Positions 10,952 through 22,243 of a DNA stretch of 64,000 nt are shown here, piece by piece. A program made the position numbers and the translations under genes. The notes under the pieces were generated by a model. The model did no database searches and was not told the DNA's origin. It saw nothing but the letters and a program-made list of their open reading frames with translations. Each line of letters starts with the position of its first letter. Position 1 is the first letter of the stretch. This DNA comes from Trypanosoma brucei (lineage: Eukaryota): NCBI GenBank assembly GCA_000002445.1, contig CH464491.1, positions 192,001 through 256,000 of the forward strand. The letters run 5' to 3'.

Positions 10952-12096
10952 AGCGATGAGGCAAGTGGGTTCGTTTGTGTATTTCCTTCACCGGCTGCTA
11001 AGGGCGGCCTTCTCTCAAGTTTTGTTGCCCTCTCCCCAGTTTTTGTGATTATAGTAATGTATAATGAAAAGAGTGGGGTAAGCTTGTGCTCGTGCATGCT
11101 GTTTATTTTTATATTAATGAGACGTCTTTTTTTTTTTTTGGCTGAGGAACGATTCCCCCCCTTTAAATGTCGCTGGTACCGTTACGTTTCTGGAGGAGTA
11201 CTGCAGATATTATTTAATACAGCGTTTTTTTTCTTTCTAAAAAGTGTTCTTTTTCCTTTGCTTTCCGCAGCCAAAAATTCCCCTCTATGATCGCCATTTG
11301 ATCCGTTTCATTTGTTCTACCCCCACTCGTTTCTTCTCCCTTTCCTCTCCCCTCTTCTTTTTTTTTTTGTGATACCTCCCGCTTGTTTTGCGGGCCAATC
11401 GCTTCCCAAAGCGCAGTTTTTGTAATGGAGAAAAGGGGGAGGGAGACAGTATAGTGATCGATTTGCGGCGGCGAAAGCTCCCCTGTGGTGGGGTTACAAC
11501 CACTTTTTCTGTTAATATAAGTTTTTTTTTTTTGTACCATGAAGCGTGGACGTTACTTCTCTCGTTCACTTCAGGTGAGAGTGCGTATGCGAGCTCGTTT
11601 TCACACACACACACACCCACGTGTGGGTGTTTGTGTATCCTAGTAATGACACTAATATGCGTTGTTTTCATTTCCTTTCTGATCCAGTGTATTATTGCGG
11701 TTTAATTTGCATTGGTGTGCATTATCCCTGAGTATATTTATACCTTTAGTTCTCCTCTGTTTCCGCATATGATTTTCTCTTCTTGTGTAACTTGTGGATG
11801 GGAAGTAAGGCGACTTCATCAGAGTATTGGTTGGCCGGTAAACACGCTGTGTGTAGAGATACATAAGTACACCAAATATACCGTGTGCAAATTGTGTCTG
11901 TTCATAATCGGCGACACTGCTCGGGGCAAGGGTTGGTGTTCGTTAGGCCAAGTCGCAACACAAACTGTCGCATAACCGGCAGCAGAACAACCAACAAGTA
12001 AGAGAGGGGAAATAGAAGGGTAAGGCGAGTGCGTAGCATCTGAGGGAGTAAAGTAACAGACTTCACACATACACCCCTAAAAAACCAGGACGAACT

Positions 12097-12471
12097 ATGT
12101 CGCTGCTGAAGGGAAAGGAGGTGGAAGTCACACAAGACGACCAGCGCCGCATCTGCATTTTTGCTCGCATGCACCGTCGACGGAAGGAGCTTACTGCCAC
12201 CATTACGAGGTTGAAGGAGCAGGCGGCTAAGTTGAGTGATGCCTCTGATGAACTTATGATAGCCGATGGGGCAATGTATTTGTTCGGTGAGACCTTCGTG
12301 GCCATCGATAACGATGAGGCGGGTGAATGGCTGGCGAAGGAACAGGCGCAACTTCAGCGGGATCAGGAAACAACAGAGGAAGAATTAAAGCTTGTTGAGA
12401 GTCAATTGAGCGACCTGAAAGCGAAACTGTACGCCTCACTTGGTAGTCAAGTGTATCTTGAAGACGAATAG
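12097..12471 (+). CDS. PFD4: Prefoldin subunit 4 (beta-type prefoldin)
   Basis: A 124-aa ORF with ATG at 12097. The coiled-coil/beta-hairpin pattern and segments (VTQDDQRRICIFARMH...; ...LKAKLYASLGSQVYLEDE) are similar to eukaryotic PFDN4 (…VTWEDQQKINKFAR…LKVQLYAKFGSNINLE). Confidence 0.7.
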   Translation: MSLLKGKEVEVTQDDQRRICIFARMHRRRKELTATITRLKEQAAKLSDASDELMIADGAMYLFGETFVAIDNDEAGEWLAKEQAQLQRDQETTEEELKLVESQLSDLKAKLYASLGSQVYLEDE

Positions 12472-13096
12472 AGCAGCTGAACACATTACAGGGGGAATTA
12501 AAAAGAAGGGAGAGTTAACAGCGTACGTCTTGTACCCGCAGATGCCAGCCGCCCTTCAGCGGACATGCATGCAGAGCAAATAAACTAACAACCTTGTTGA
12601 TTTCTCTCCCGCCACTGCCGCTAATTCCCTTTCTAACGGGTTTACCGTATGGAGAGATTTAATTACTGTTGATACCGCCGTCAAACTCAGCGCGGTAGCA
12701 CAACAATTTTGGTGTACCTGTTTATTTTTTCCCTTCTTGGTGATGCTCATTAATTTCCATTTGTTGCCGCCGACTCTACTCTTTTTTTCTTTTTCTCGGT
12801 CCTCGAAGGTTTTGTGTTTATAATTATTGTTATTATTCTGTAGTGAACGCGCGAGGCGAACAGGATTACTCAACAGGAAAGATACAAGAAGCCAAGCAGG
12901 CCTAAAAGAGGGGAAGGGTAACACAGGTCCAGCGAGGAGCGATTTAGCGGCAGCGAATAAATAGCGAGTGGAAGCGAGGGTGCAAAAACGTCATTGTTGG
13001 CATAAAGTCTATACCTGAAGACAAGCGGCGGCTGTGGCTCTCAGCCGTTGAACGTGTGGCTTTAACTCGTCGTCGTCAACCCGCCTTCTTGCTTAG

Positions 13097-15487
13097 ATGG
13101 AGCCGATGGAGCAACCACCTGAGCAGATGCTTGATGTCATTCGCCGCGCTTATGACAGCGTATACTTGTATGGCAACTGCTATGCTGGCATCAAGGTGGC
13201 CACGTCAGCGCTTAATAGTGGTTGTGTAGATGAATGTGACTTGTCAGTCAGCGAAAATACCGCAGCGTCATCAACAGAGCACTCCGGTGGCCTTTCGGGG
13301 GTTCGGCTTAGCGACTCTTCAACACAAAGTTGCAAGACTAATAATTCTTCCCTTGCAGTTGCGTCAACGAAAGCTCAGAGGGGCTCCACGTCCATGTCCA
13401 ATAGCGTATTGGGGGCATTAGGGAGCGGAGCAAATGTAAAAGATGCAACCGTACCGATGACGCTCAACAGGTTACAGGAATTTCACTTACTGCTCCTCCG
13501 AGCTGAGGGGTACTCCGGAGTGCGGCAGCATGAAAAGGCACTGAAGGACGCGGAGGCGGCCATTAGGATTTCCGGCGGGCGCTCCGCTGAGGCTCACTTT
13601 ATTCTTGGTAGGGAGCTTCTCCGCCTTTACCGTCTGGAGGAATCCGTGGCGGCTTTTCAAACCGCGGAGTTACTTCTCCCAGCTTTGGCAGTGGACGGTG
13701 TTCCCTTTCCTAGGGAGACCGACGATGAGGAGTTTTGGGCGCAGCGCGGGTACAGGTTACAGGACGCTGAGGAACTAAAGTTGAAGCGGCTGGAGGTTGA
13801 GGCGGAGGAGCAGCAGGCACGGGCGTGGCGGGCCTTGGAGTGTAACTCTTCAGGTAACGCAGCCGGAACGAGGCAAAGGTTTCTGGAACCTCCTTTCTTA
13901 GCATTGAAGGATGTCAAATGTGGTTACCCTAACCTTATGAAATGGAGGCAGCTTTCCCGTGAGGCGGGCGCGCTTTTGTCAGCGCACACGTCCCATGTGT
14001 TTTCTGGAAGTTACCTTCAACCAACGATGGCTTTTATGGAGCGTAGGATCAGTTCGGTGCGGAATGGGTCCGTGGTTTGCATCCACAACACGACTTCATA
14101 CCCTTTGAAGTGGGTGGGCAGTTGGTTCCCCGACTGCGGCTTTCACGCGAATATGACTTTTCCTCAAGTCATTGAATCTGGAAATTGCGGCGTGGCGTTG
14201 CTCCAACCCAAGGGATGGGGTGGCTATGTCGGTTACGTTTGTTATCGGGTGGCGGAATGTGGTATATGTTGCTTTTTTTGCGTTGAGAGCACCTTCATGG
14301 GGTCTGTTCGATGTGGAGTTCGTTTTTCTTCACCATACAGGATTGAGGAGCTCGGTGATGGCGACCCCGACGACGCTGCGCTGAAGGAGTTTATGAACTT
14401 TAAACTACCCAACTCCAGCGTGTGGCTTCCCTCCCACACCACGGCGCCCCCAGTGAATCGCCGGCTGAAGGCATGGAGCGCCGTTTCCGAGGGCAATCGG
14501 TCGAGTGTGTTTACTGTTGCTGAGGTTCTTCCCATAGGCCTCCGTGCGGTGGAACTGCTAACTGCGCTTGAGTATGCTGGACCAATGGTGCTGAAAAAGT
14601 TAAGTGCCGTCAGTCAGCGTTACCGTTCGTTGGTCAACGGCCTACCACCACCGATGTTTCACAGTCCGGGTCGCATTCTCTACCCGGACTATTGCCTCCG
14701 AGGCGACCGTGTCAGGTCCCCATGGACTGTGCTGGACCAAGACACCGTGAGGTGGTTTTTTCTGAATGAGGGGATCGTGGGTAATAGAGAGAGGTGTGTT
14801 TTGGCTGATTCAACTCACATGACAAGTGGCATACTGCGCTTCACGAGAGAAAAGGGTGGATCTATGGATGCAAAGGTGTACTATGGCGATGGGTGTTCGC
14901 TTATCGCACAGGTTAAAGGTAGTTGGATACCTTTTAGCAGCACGCTGTCATTTATTAGCTCCACGGGTCGTACCTTTGCCACTTGTTACCTCAACCACAG
15001 CTCGCAGCTGACGCTTTCGTGGGGTAGTGCAGGTGCCAAGAGTAAACCGGAGGATGTGGAGTACGTTATGGAGCGCCGGGAGGCACGTGCAGAGACGGGG
15101 AATTGGCGCTCCGCTTCAGCAGTGGGTAAAGTAGCAGGTCCTATGGGTGTTACCGGTGGTGATGATACCTCTGGCACGAGGTCTCGTGTTGGCCGTTCAT
15201 CTGGTCAGGGTTCTACCAATTCTCATTCATCCAACACCGGTACAAGGTTTGGCGCTGTTGAGGCGTACACCGTTCGGCGTGTGTCACGACGAGGTGGTGA
15301 TTCGGCCATTGAGTTAAGTTCTTCCGGTGCTGGTGGTGGTGAGACGATGGGAGAAGTGATATTTAGTACCGCAAAGGGTGGAACACCGATGAAAGGTGCC
15401 TCGATTTGCGAGGTGCATCTTTACCCTGGGGTTGACGCATTGTTGCTGTCGTTGATGGCTTACTGCCGCTTTAATTGGGAGCAGTAG
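13097..15487 (+). CDS. Hypothetical protein (TPR-like N-terminal segment; possible F-box-like motif)
   Basis: A 796-aa ORF with ATG at 13097 and codon-like composition throughout. The N-terminus has an amphipathic helical pair (…EKALKDAEAAIRISGGRSAEAHFILGRELLRLYRLEESVAAF). A motif LPIGLRAVELLTALEYAGPMVLKKLSAVSQRYRSLV loosely fits an F-box. No firm family assignment. Confidence 0.55.
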   Translation: MEPMEQPPEQMLDVIRRAYDSVYLYGNCYAGIKVATSALNSGCVDECDLSVSENTAASSTEHSGGLSGVRLSDSSTQSCKTNNSSLAVASTKAQRGSTSMSNSVLGALGSGANVKDATVPMTLNRLQEFHLLLLRAEGYSGVRQHEKALKDAEAAIRISGGRSAEAHFILGRELLRLYRLEESVAAFQTAELLLPALAVDGVPFPRETDDEEFWAQRGYRLQDAEELKLKRLEVEAEEQQARAWRALECNSSGNAAGTRQRFLEPPFLALKDVKCGYPNLMKWRQLSREAGALLSAHTSHVFSGSYLQPTMAFMERRISSVRNGSVVCIHNTTSYPLKWVGSWFPDCGFHANMTFPQVIESGNCGVALLQPKGWGGYVGYVCYRVAECGICCFFCVESTFMGSVRCGVRFSSPYRIEELGDGDPDDAALKEFMNFKLPNSSVWLPSHTTAPPVNRRLKAWSAVSEGNRSSVFTVAEVLPIGLRAVELLTALEYAGPMVLKKLSAVSQRYRSLVNGLPPPMFHSPGRILYPDYCLRGDRVRSPWTVLDQDTVRWFFLNEGIVGNRERCVLADSTHMTSGILRFTREKGGSMDAKVYYGDGCSLIAQVKGSWIPFSSTLSFISSTGRTFATCYLNHSSQLTLSWGSAGAKSKPEDVEYVMERREARAETGNWRSASAVGKVAGPMGVTGGDDTSGTRSRVGRSSGQGSTNSHSSNTGTRFGAVEAYTVRRVSRRGGDSAIELSSSGAGGGETMGEVIFSTAKGGTPMKGASICEVHLYPGVDALLLSLMAYCRFNWEQ

Positions 15488-15837
15488 TGCTGCAACAACA
15501 ATAATAGCTAATACTGCAGCGCTCCTGGTGTTGTGACTTTATCTATCTAGTTTCGTTCTACATGTCTGTGGTGTGAGAAGGACAGTATTCGCTTGCGCCG
15601 CCTCTTTATCGTTTTAAGAGGCAATAGCGGGTTCTGTAGTGGCGGAGCGGGGGAAAGGGAAAGATAAAGGAAAAGCGACCGCGTCTGCTCCCTTCGTAGA
15701 GTGGATCGAACTCTGAAAACGGGTGCTCTTCGTTTTATTAGCTTTTGCTGTGTTGAAAATGGTACAGGTTGCGACCGTTGTTTCTCCTTTTTTTTTTTCA
15801 ATCTCTTCCATTTGGTCGGTGCAATTACTTGTGTTCC

Positions 15838-15858
15838 TTTTTTTTTTTTAAAAAAAAA
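15838..15858. repeat. T12A9 palindromic homopolymer junction
   Basis: cctttttttttttttaaaaaaaaagg is self-complementary and could form a perfect A:T hairpin. Confidence 0.8.
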
Positions 15859-17194
15859 GGCTGCGGTTAGTTTGTTTGCTTCTTTAAGGGCCTGGAAATG
15901 GAGCTAGCGGGTGATACTCTACTGACTTCGTTATCTGTCTCTTTTCTGTTTTGCATTCCGCACAGGGATTTTTTCTGTTTTTTCTTCTGTTCTACCGTCC
16001 CCACGCGTTTTACGTGTTTACCCGACCTCGTGCACGACCTTTTTGCTGACGCTGCGTGTGCAATTGTATGTACGTATTTTCATATGCTGCTTTGTTTGAA
16101 GTTCGGTGTTCTTTTTTTTTTTCTATTATTTCTTTTTTTTTTTGGTGGTGGTGGCTTTTTTTTTCTTTTTCTCGTGCGTGGTTTCCACCGGTTGGGGTCC
16201 ATATGCCCCAGTTTTGGTGGAACTATCGGATATACGTTACTTAGTTTGGAAGGGGGAGGGCAATACATGTCCCGCAGTGCCCGCCTTTTAACAGTTTGCC
16301 AAAAAAAAAAGGAAAAGGGGAATCATTGTGCTAAACTCCAAGCTCAAGATGTTTGTGGTTGAGTGAAGTATATTGCCAGCTCTGTTATGTGGCAATTTTT
16401 CATCCAGTCGTACAATATGAAGAAGTGGGAAGGGCGAATGACATATAAAGGAGATGATAATTTTCGAATCTCCATTTGGTGTCGCCTCGGTTGGTCTCGA
16501 GTACTGAAGGGAGATGTGGTTTGATTCGCTCCATGTAGCTGCGGTTTCTCTTTTTTATTTTTGGTTGATTACGTGTTCTGATAAGTTGTTGCTCTTGATC
16601 CGTAATTTTCTTTTTTGAAACCAGTTTCTCGGTATCTTTGTGAGTGCGAGGAGTTCAGGAGCGACTCTCTTGACGGGTAAGGCAAGTTTAGTGTCGCCAC
16701 GTACGCAGTGCATATGGAGCCATTTTTCGACGGTTTCTTCTTTTTTTTCTTTTGTTTGTGCACTCGTCACGCGCATCTGCACATCTACAAAAATATGTAT
16801 GCATGTGTATGTGCATGCGCGTGTGCGTGATGCTGTCAATGACGATGGTTGTGTGGGCACTTTTACCACGTGTTGACCCCGTTTCTGCCTCATTCATCGT
16901 AGTTTGGCATGCCGAACAAATGTGTAGATGGGAGGGAAAACCTAAGAACAAAACGAAACCGAAGGGGAAACCGCAAACCTCCTTGGTCGTTTTTTATTTG
17001 TTTATTTTTATATCGTGACGTCAATGTCGTTAGTGAATTTTTGAAATTGCTTTTTATTGTGCGCGCATTACCCCTTTCTCGTTTTTTCTCGTTAATTGAT
17101 TCTCTGACTCCAGCGCAACCGCTGACTAGGGATAATTAAGCGGTTGCTCTTAGCGCTTCACCTGCGCCTCGCTTTCGTTTGAGTGCGACAGGTT

Positions 17195-19702
17195 ATGGGC
17201 CACGCTTTTTGCCTTCCTGAAAAGCGCGGAAATGATGCACGACCATATTTTGGTGCGCCGATTAGTGACTTGATTGTGTGTGAGCAGAATGAGGTACAGA
17301 AGTCCACAAACTGCATTTTAGGTGTTCCACTGATACTACAGGACGTGGTCTTTTACTGGAACGCACAGTCTAATACTAAGGGTGAGAATGGAAAGGCTGA
17401 CGTGTCGCCCAACAGCAGTTGGGTGGATGAGGTGGAGCAGACGTTTAACAATTTTGTGAGGAAGCGAAAACTCCTGACTAGTAGTGCGTCTGCTGTAAAG
17501 GCACCAAAGAAGAACGCTAAAAAGACGAATAAGCACGAGAAGCGACTGTTTCAGAAACCATTTGAAGCACTTACCAGTAAGACGACATTGCATGCTCAGC
17601 ACTTTATGGCAATCATCACCCTTTTTTTACGGAAACTACCAGAACCCTTGCTACCAGTTCCCGTCGCACGGAAGATGGAAGATATACTGACAAGTGGACC
17701 TTTGACTCCGACTGCGAAACTGCGGGCGATTGGAAAGGTGTTTCGAGAAACGTATAGTCTCGCAAACCCCAGAGAATACGCTTCCTTTCAGTACTTGCGC
17801 CAGGTTTTGCACCAACACCACGCAGAACTGAAAACAAACGAAGTCGAAGCGTTGGTTCGGGCGATGTTGCGTGACCACCGTGCGCCAGTGGAGGAATATT
17901 TAATAGAACTGCTATGGCCGACCGCTGATGGTGAGGGCAAAATGAAAGCCGGAACAGCGGAGGCGGACAGCACAACCCCGGCAGACGAGCGGGACAATGC
18001 TGTAGATGGCGAAGCCAAGGCTTTACCTCAACATCTCCACGACTCAAATAGTGAAACGGATTCATCTCCTCCTAAAGTGGTCGATAGACCAACTGATGTG
18101 GTTAAAGCGGGAAAGCAAAAAAAAGAGGATGTTGCGAATGATGAATGTGTGCGGAAGAATGCAGCGCCACCTCCTGCGGAGAAGGATTGTAAAGTTGAGG
18201 AGGACGCTGCAGGTGCTCAGTCGCAGCGGGAGGACATGAGTCCGCATTCTTCCCGCACCTCCGACACTCATATTCTGGAAGTGGAAGAACATGGTGATGA
18301 GGTTGAGGCTTTTCACCACGTTAATGGCGAACACTGCGGGGATGTTGACGGGCTTGACCATGACAAATCGGTGGAATGTAGGGTAACGCAAGTGGGGTCA
18401 GAAAGTTGTGCGGGTCCCGGTGAGGGAACAGTGGATGAAGAGGGACCGCTGCAGGACGTCGTGGAGAGTCCCACCGTAAGTGATGGGGCCTCGTGCGTCG
18501 ATAGGAGGGGAGGGTTAGCTCACGCGATTACCGATGCCAGCGAAACTGAAGTGTGCGATGTTGTTCAGAGAGGCAGTAGGGAGGATCGTGGATGTGTGGA
18601 GTTGGATAATGTGGTTGACACACCCGACGGGGGCCATTACTCTACCGCGGCGGCCAAAGGCAAACTGAGGCAAGCCAACAGGCCAGTACATCGAGACGAG
18701 CGATTGTCTGCCAGTGGTGATGCAGCAAGTCAAATCGGGGGTCCACTGACGGCAACGACAGCATCTCTTACAAACAATCAATTTGCACCACGCAAACCTA
18801 GAGACAAGCCGAGGACCGGTCGATCGCGAAAAAATTTGAGGGTCCTCACTGAACGGCACCCACAACAAGTGGCACTTCTTCGGGCAAAGCAGCTTTTTCT
18901 TGCTGGCGGCGCCGGTGCAACGGAGCTTCCTTCGTTGCCCAATCAGCCAGCCTCCTCACCACCAGGTGGTGAGTTAGATGATGGCGATTGCTGCGTTAGT
19001 AGTGTTGATCCATCCTCAACGCGGATCGCTGGCGGTCACACCGGGGTACAATACACCGCTGCTGAAGAACAGCCCCTCTCTCCCGAAGGGCATTTGCAAA
19101 GCGCGGCAGTTTTTTCAAATACCGATGATAATCAAGACACTCGCAAATGTGGGCCCGATAATGAATGGATGGCAGCGCAGCATTTGCAATTGGCGTTTGT
19201 TCAGCCACTCATGGAACAGATGGCGCAGCTGCGCATGCAATGTGATGCTCTTTCGCAGCAGCAGTTACGCTCGGCTACCGAGGGAGAGACATTGCAACTC
19301 GTTTCGAATGACATTAAGCTTGTAAAGGAAGCACTGTGCCAGCTGACACAAAGCCATGCTGAGACGGTAGGGGACCTCCTGAAACTTCATGGGGAGTTGA
19401 AAAAATTGGCAAAGCGAGAGACCTTTGAACTGGAGAAGCGCCACTACTGCGAGGAAGATCTGGAAGCGAGGAAAACCGCCTTGGAGGTGCTGCAGCGCTG
19501 CACCAAGCTAGAAACACAGCAATATGAAGATCAACAGAAGGTGAAGAGCTTAACCACGAAGGTAAGAGAATTGACCGCAAAGGTGGACCGTAGCGAAAAG
19601 GAGAACCTTGACCTTAAAATGAAGCTTGCGACAGCTCAACGTCAAACCACGTTAATGAGGGAAAAACTGATGTCTTCGGGTCGTGAAGGCAGGAGTGTGT
19701 GA
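17195..19702 (+). CDS. Hypothetical protein with RhoGAP-like domain and C-terminal coiled coil
   Basis: The track start 17183 is GTG; the first ATG is 17195. The N-terminal ~230 aa contains a RhoGAP-like signature (…HFMAIITLFLRKLPEPLLPVPV…). An acidic low-complexity middle region is followed by a C-terminal ~200 aa heptad-rich coiled coil (…LKKLAKRETFELEKRHYCEEDLEARKTALEVL…). Confidence 0.5.
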   Translation: MGHAFCLPEKRGNDARPYFGAPISDLIVCEQNEVQKSTNCILGVPLILQDVVFYWNAQSNTKGENGKADVSPNSSWVDEVEQTFNNFVRKRKLLTSSASAVKAPKKNAKKTNKHEKRLFQKPFEALTSKTTLHAQHFMAIITLFLRKLPEPLLPVPVARKMEDILTSGPLTPTAKLRAIGKVFRETYSLANPREYASFQYLRQVLHQHHAELKTNEVEALVRAMLRDHRAPVEEYLIELLWPTADGEGKMKAGTAEADSTTPADERDNAVDGEAKALPQHLHDSNSETDSSPPKVVDRPTDVVKAGKQKKEDVANDECVRKNAAPPPAEKDCKVEEDAAGAQSQREDMSPHSSRTSDTHILEVEEHGDEVEAFHHVNGEHCGDVDGLDHDKSVECRVTQVGSESCAGPGEGTVDEEGPLQDVVESPTVSDGASCVDRRGGLAHAITDASETEVCDVVQRGSREDRGCVELDNVVDTPDGGHYSTAAAKGKLRQANRPVHRDERLSASGDAASQIGGPLTATTASLTNNQFAPRKPRDKPRTGRSRKNLRVLTERHPQQVALLRAKQLFLAGGAGATELPSLPNQPASSPPGGELDDGDCCVSSVDPSSTRIAGGHTGVQYTAAEEQPLSPEGHLQSAAVFSNTDDNQDTRKCGPDNEWMAAQHLQLAFVQPLMEQMAQLRMQCDALSQQQLRSATEGETLQLVSNDIKLVKEALCQLTQSHAETVGDLLKLHGELKKLAKRETFELEKRHYCEEDLEARKTALEVLQRCTKLETQQYEDQQKVKSLTTKVRELTAKVDRSEKENLDLKMKLATAQRQTTLMREKLMSSGREGRSV

Positions 19703-21597
19703 AATATGCGACTCGTTATATCATATCAAATCCCTTATCCACTGCCTTTACACAGTTGTGCGTGAAGTTGAGACCGTCCTTTTCCTTTGGTTTTGTTACA
19801 GACATTGAGATTTACTTACCATACGGATGCTCTTTCCCGTTACGTGGGCAGCTATGTTTTTTTTTCCTCGTTTTCCTCAGTACCACATAGATCGTGCTCC
19901 GGTCGATTTCCGGTCGACCATACATTCATTTATATACATATATATGTCTAGGTGAGTGAGTGTGTGTAGTGTATACATTACTGCGTTATTGTACATGAAT
20001 TGTGTACCTTGTGTTTGCGTTCTACTTACTTCACATGATGGCGCGCTAAGAGTTTTTCTTCCCTTCACTTTTGTTCTTTGAATATCGCATTGCCGTCGGT
20101 TTCCCCTTCATCTTCCCAACCCGGGCATAACCTTGCATACCCTTTGTACCAACAGTGGTGTGCAACGGTGGTTGCTTATCAGAGTAGGGAGAGTTGGGGC
20201 GATGTTTATTTTTGGGTGTTTGTGTACTCTTTTTTTTTTTTCATTCTGCTTTTTCGTTGTGACCTAGTAGACTAATACGGAGGGCACAGTAATGAATGGG
20301 AGTTCTTGACCTTTCCGTTTTCTATACTTAACACAATGTACCCAAAACAACAACAGCAACATAAATATGTTCTGTGTTTACATTGTCTGGTAGCGGGCGG
20401 AGCAACATCGAGTGATGACAGCAAATTTGAAGGGAATGAAGGCCCTGAGAAAAAAAAACAAATGGATGCAAGATGCGTTTTCCAACTGTATTTTCATGCT
20501 TTGTCCTTTTCTATGTTGCTACTGCTTCATTAAAATCTTCTTATAGTAATGTAGTACTTCGTATGCGGTTTCGTCGGGTGGTATCCCGGTGTTCCAGTGA
20601 CAGCGGTTCCCCTTCCGTGTTTTTTTTTTTTCGGGGTTCCTAAGGAGAAGTAAATCAAGCAACGAAAGGCAGCTCAGGTGGCGGAAGTTCAGTATATTAA
20701 CGTTATTTGTGCGCGTATATGTAGGTTACATTTAGCTTTACCACTAGACAAAACCTCTCTCCCATCCCTGGAAGGCAGTGTGTCTGTGTGCCTTGTTTTC
20801 TTCTTTTGCTGTGCCAACTGTACTACCGGTGATGACTAAAGCGGGAATATTTCGCATGTGTGTACGAATACACATCGCCGCTGCACCTGAACAAAAGAGG
20901 CATAAAAAACACGCTTTGGATGGCAATACCGGCTCTGCAAGGCCCGCCGTATGTTGTGATGAACTCCGCGTGCTGTATTTCCCAACGCTGCGAGCTCGCA
21001 TGTGCACATTTTCTCCCGTTCACCGTTTAGCGTTTTCGGTTTCTTTCAACTGTGGAAATTTGTCGTAAGTGTTGCAGTGGTTCCGCGAAGTTTGACGGTG
21101 AGCTATACGCAGATATGCGCAGTATGTTGCATGACGGCGCGCCTGGCTGAGAATCACCCTCTCGTGGGTGTTTTCTTGGCTATACGATCCCTAACCCTAC
21201 TAGCTTTCACGTAGTGCTGTTGGTGTGCAATACACCAGCTGCAGCCCAGTCCGGTGCCTCTTGCGGCTGATGCTACGCAGAAAAGTGTATATGCTCCTCC
21301 TCTTCACGTCATCATTGTTCCTGCACTGCGACGGCGGAACCAGTTCTGTTGCTTTCCTCTCTAGCCGGTTTGTTTATTTGACAATCTTGTTAGACAGTTG
21401 AGGCGCCGATTTCACGAAAATGAGGCGGTGGTTTGTGTGCTGGCTGAGTACAACGGGGGAGGGTGATGGTACAGTTCCTGCGGTTGGCATTTCGGCGCCA
21501 CACTTTCTCTTCCGTTCCTTCTTCAAACATTGCTTCCGGCGTCGCTTTTCTTCATCCTTGGCGGTGAATGGTGCACCATGTCTTCTTTCGAGCTGTA

Positions 21598-21612
21598 CCC
21601 CCCCCCCCCCCC
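21598..21612. repeat. C15 homopolymer
   Basis: gtaccccccccccccccccgcattc read directly. Confidence 0.85.
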
Positions 21613-22243
21613 GCATTCAGCAACTCTTCTTTCCTCTTCTTTTCCCGGCCACATTGCTACAGCCACCTTAGGAGGGGGGAGACGGATGTTGCGTTGCGGT
21701 GGGGAATTGTCGAACTGATGACAGAGTGGAACTTGTTTGAAACGTGTTGTGGGGGTGGAAAGCTGTTGGATTCTTGCAGAACGTGTTGCTTTCTTCCGAT
21801 CTGAGGTAGTACCTGTTATCACCTTTCCGAAGTGGATTCCCCTTCTCTTCCTGTTGCTTCAGCTTACATCATTTATTCCCTTCATTGTCTTGTTCCCTTG
21901 ACGAAAGTGTGTCCAGACGAAATTCGTTTTAGCTTTTTTCTTGTGGAAGGAAGAGGTAAAGGTAGATATCGGGGAAGACACCCTGACGCATTACCGCGCG
22001 TAGCCGTTTCCCCTAAATTACAAGCTGCACTTCTCTCTTCATTGTGACTTGACAGTAGAAATGTGAGTGTACGTGTTCGACAGATGTATTCAGTGGGATC
22101 GCATTTACCACTCCTTTATGGTTGATCACATATCCCTGTGTGTGCTTTTTGCGTCACCTCTTTCTTTCCCTCTTTCAAATTTGTTTTTGTTCATTTTCGC
22201 GTTCTACAGTAGGGAATTATCGTCGTGGAAGCGTCGAAGGGTA

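Noticed and set aside
15690-15730. tRNA-like T-arm candidate (…gagtggatcgaactctg…)
   Set aside because: Only a 5-bp stem with a 7-nt loop. There is no matching acceptor stem, D-arm or anticodon arm within 80 nt on either strand, and the loop sequence does not fit the T-loop consensus.
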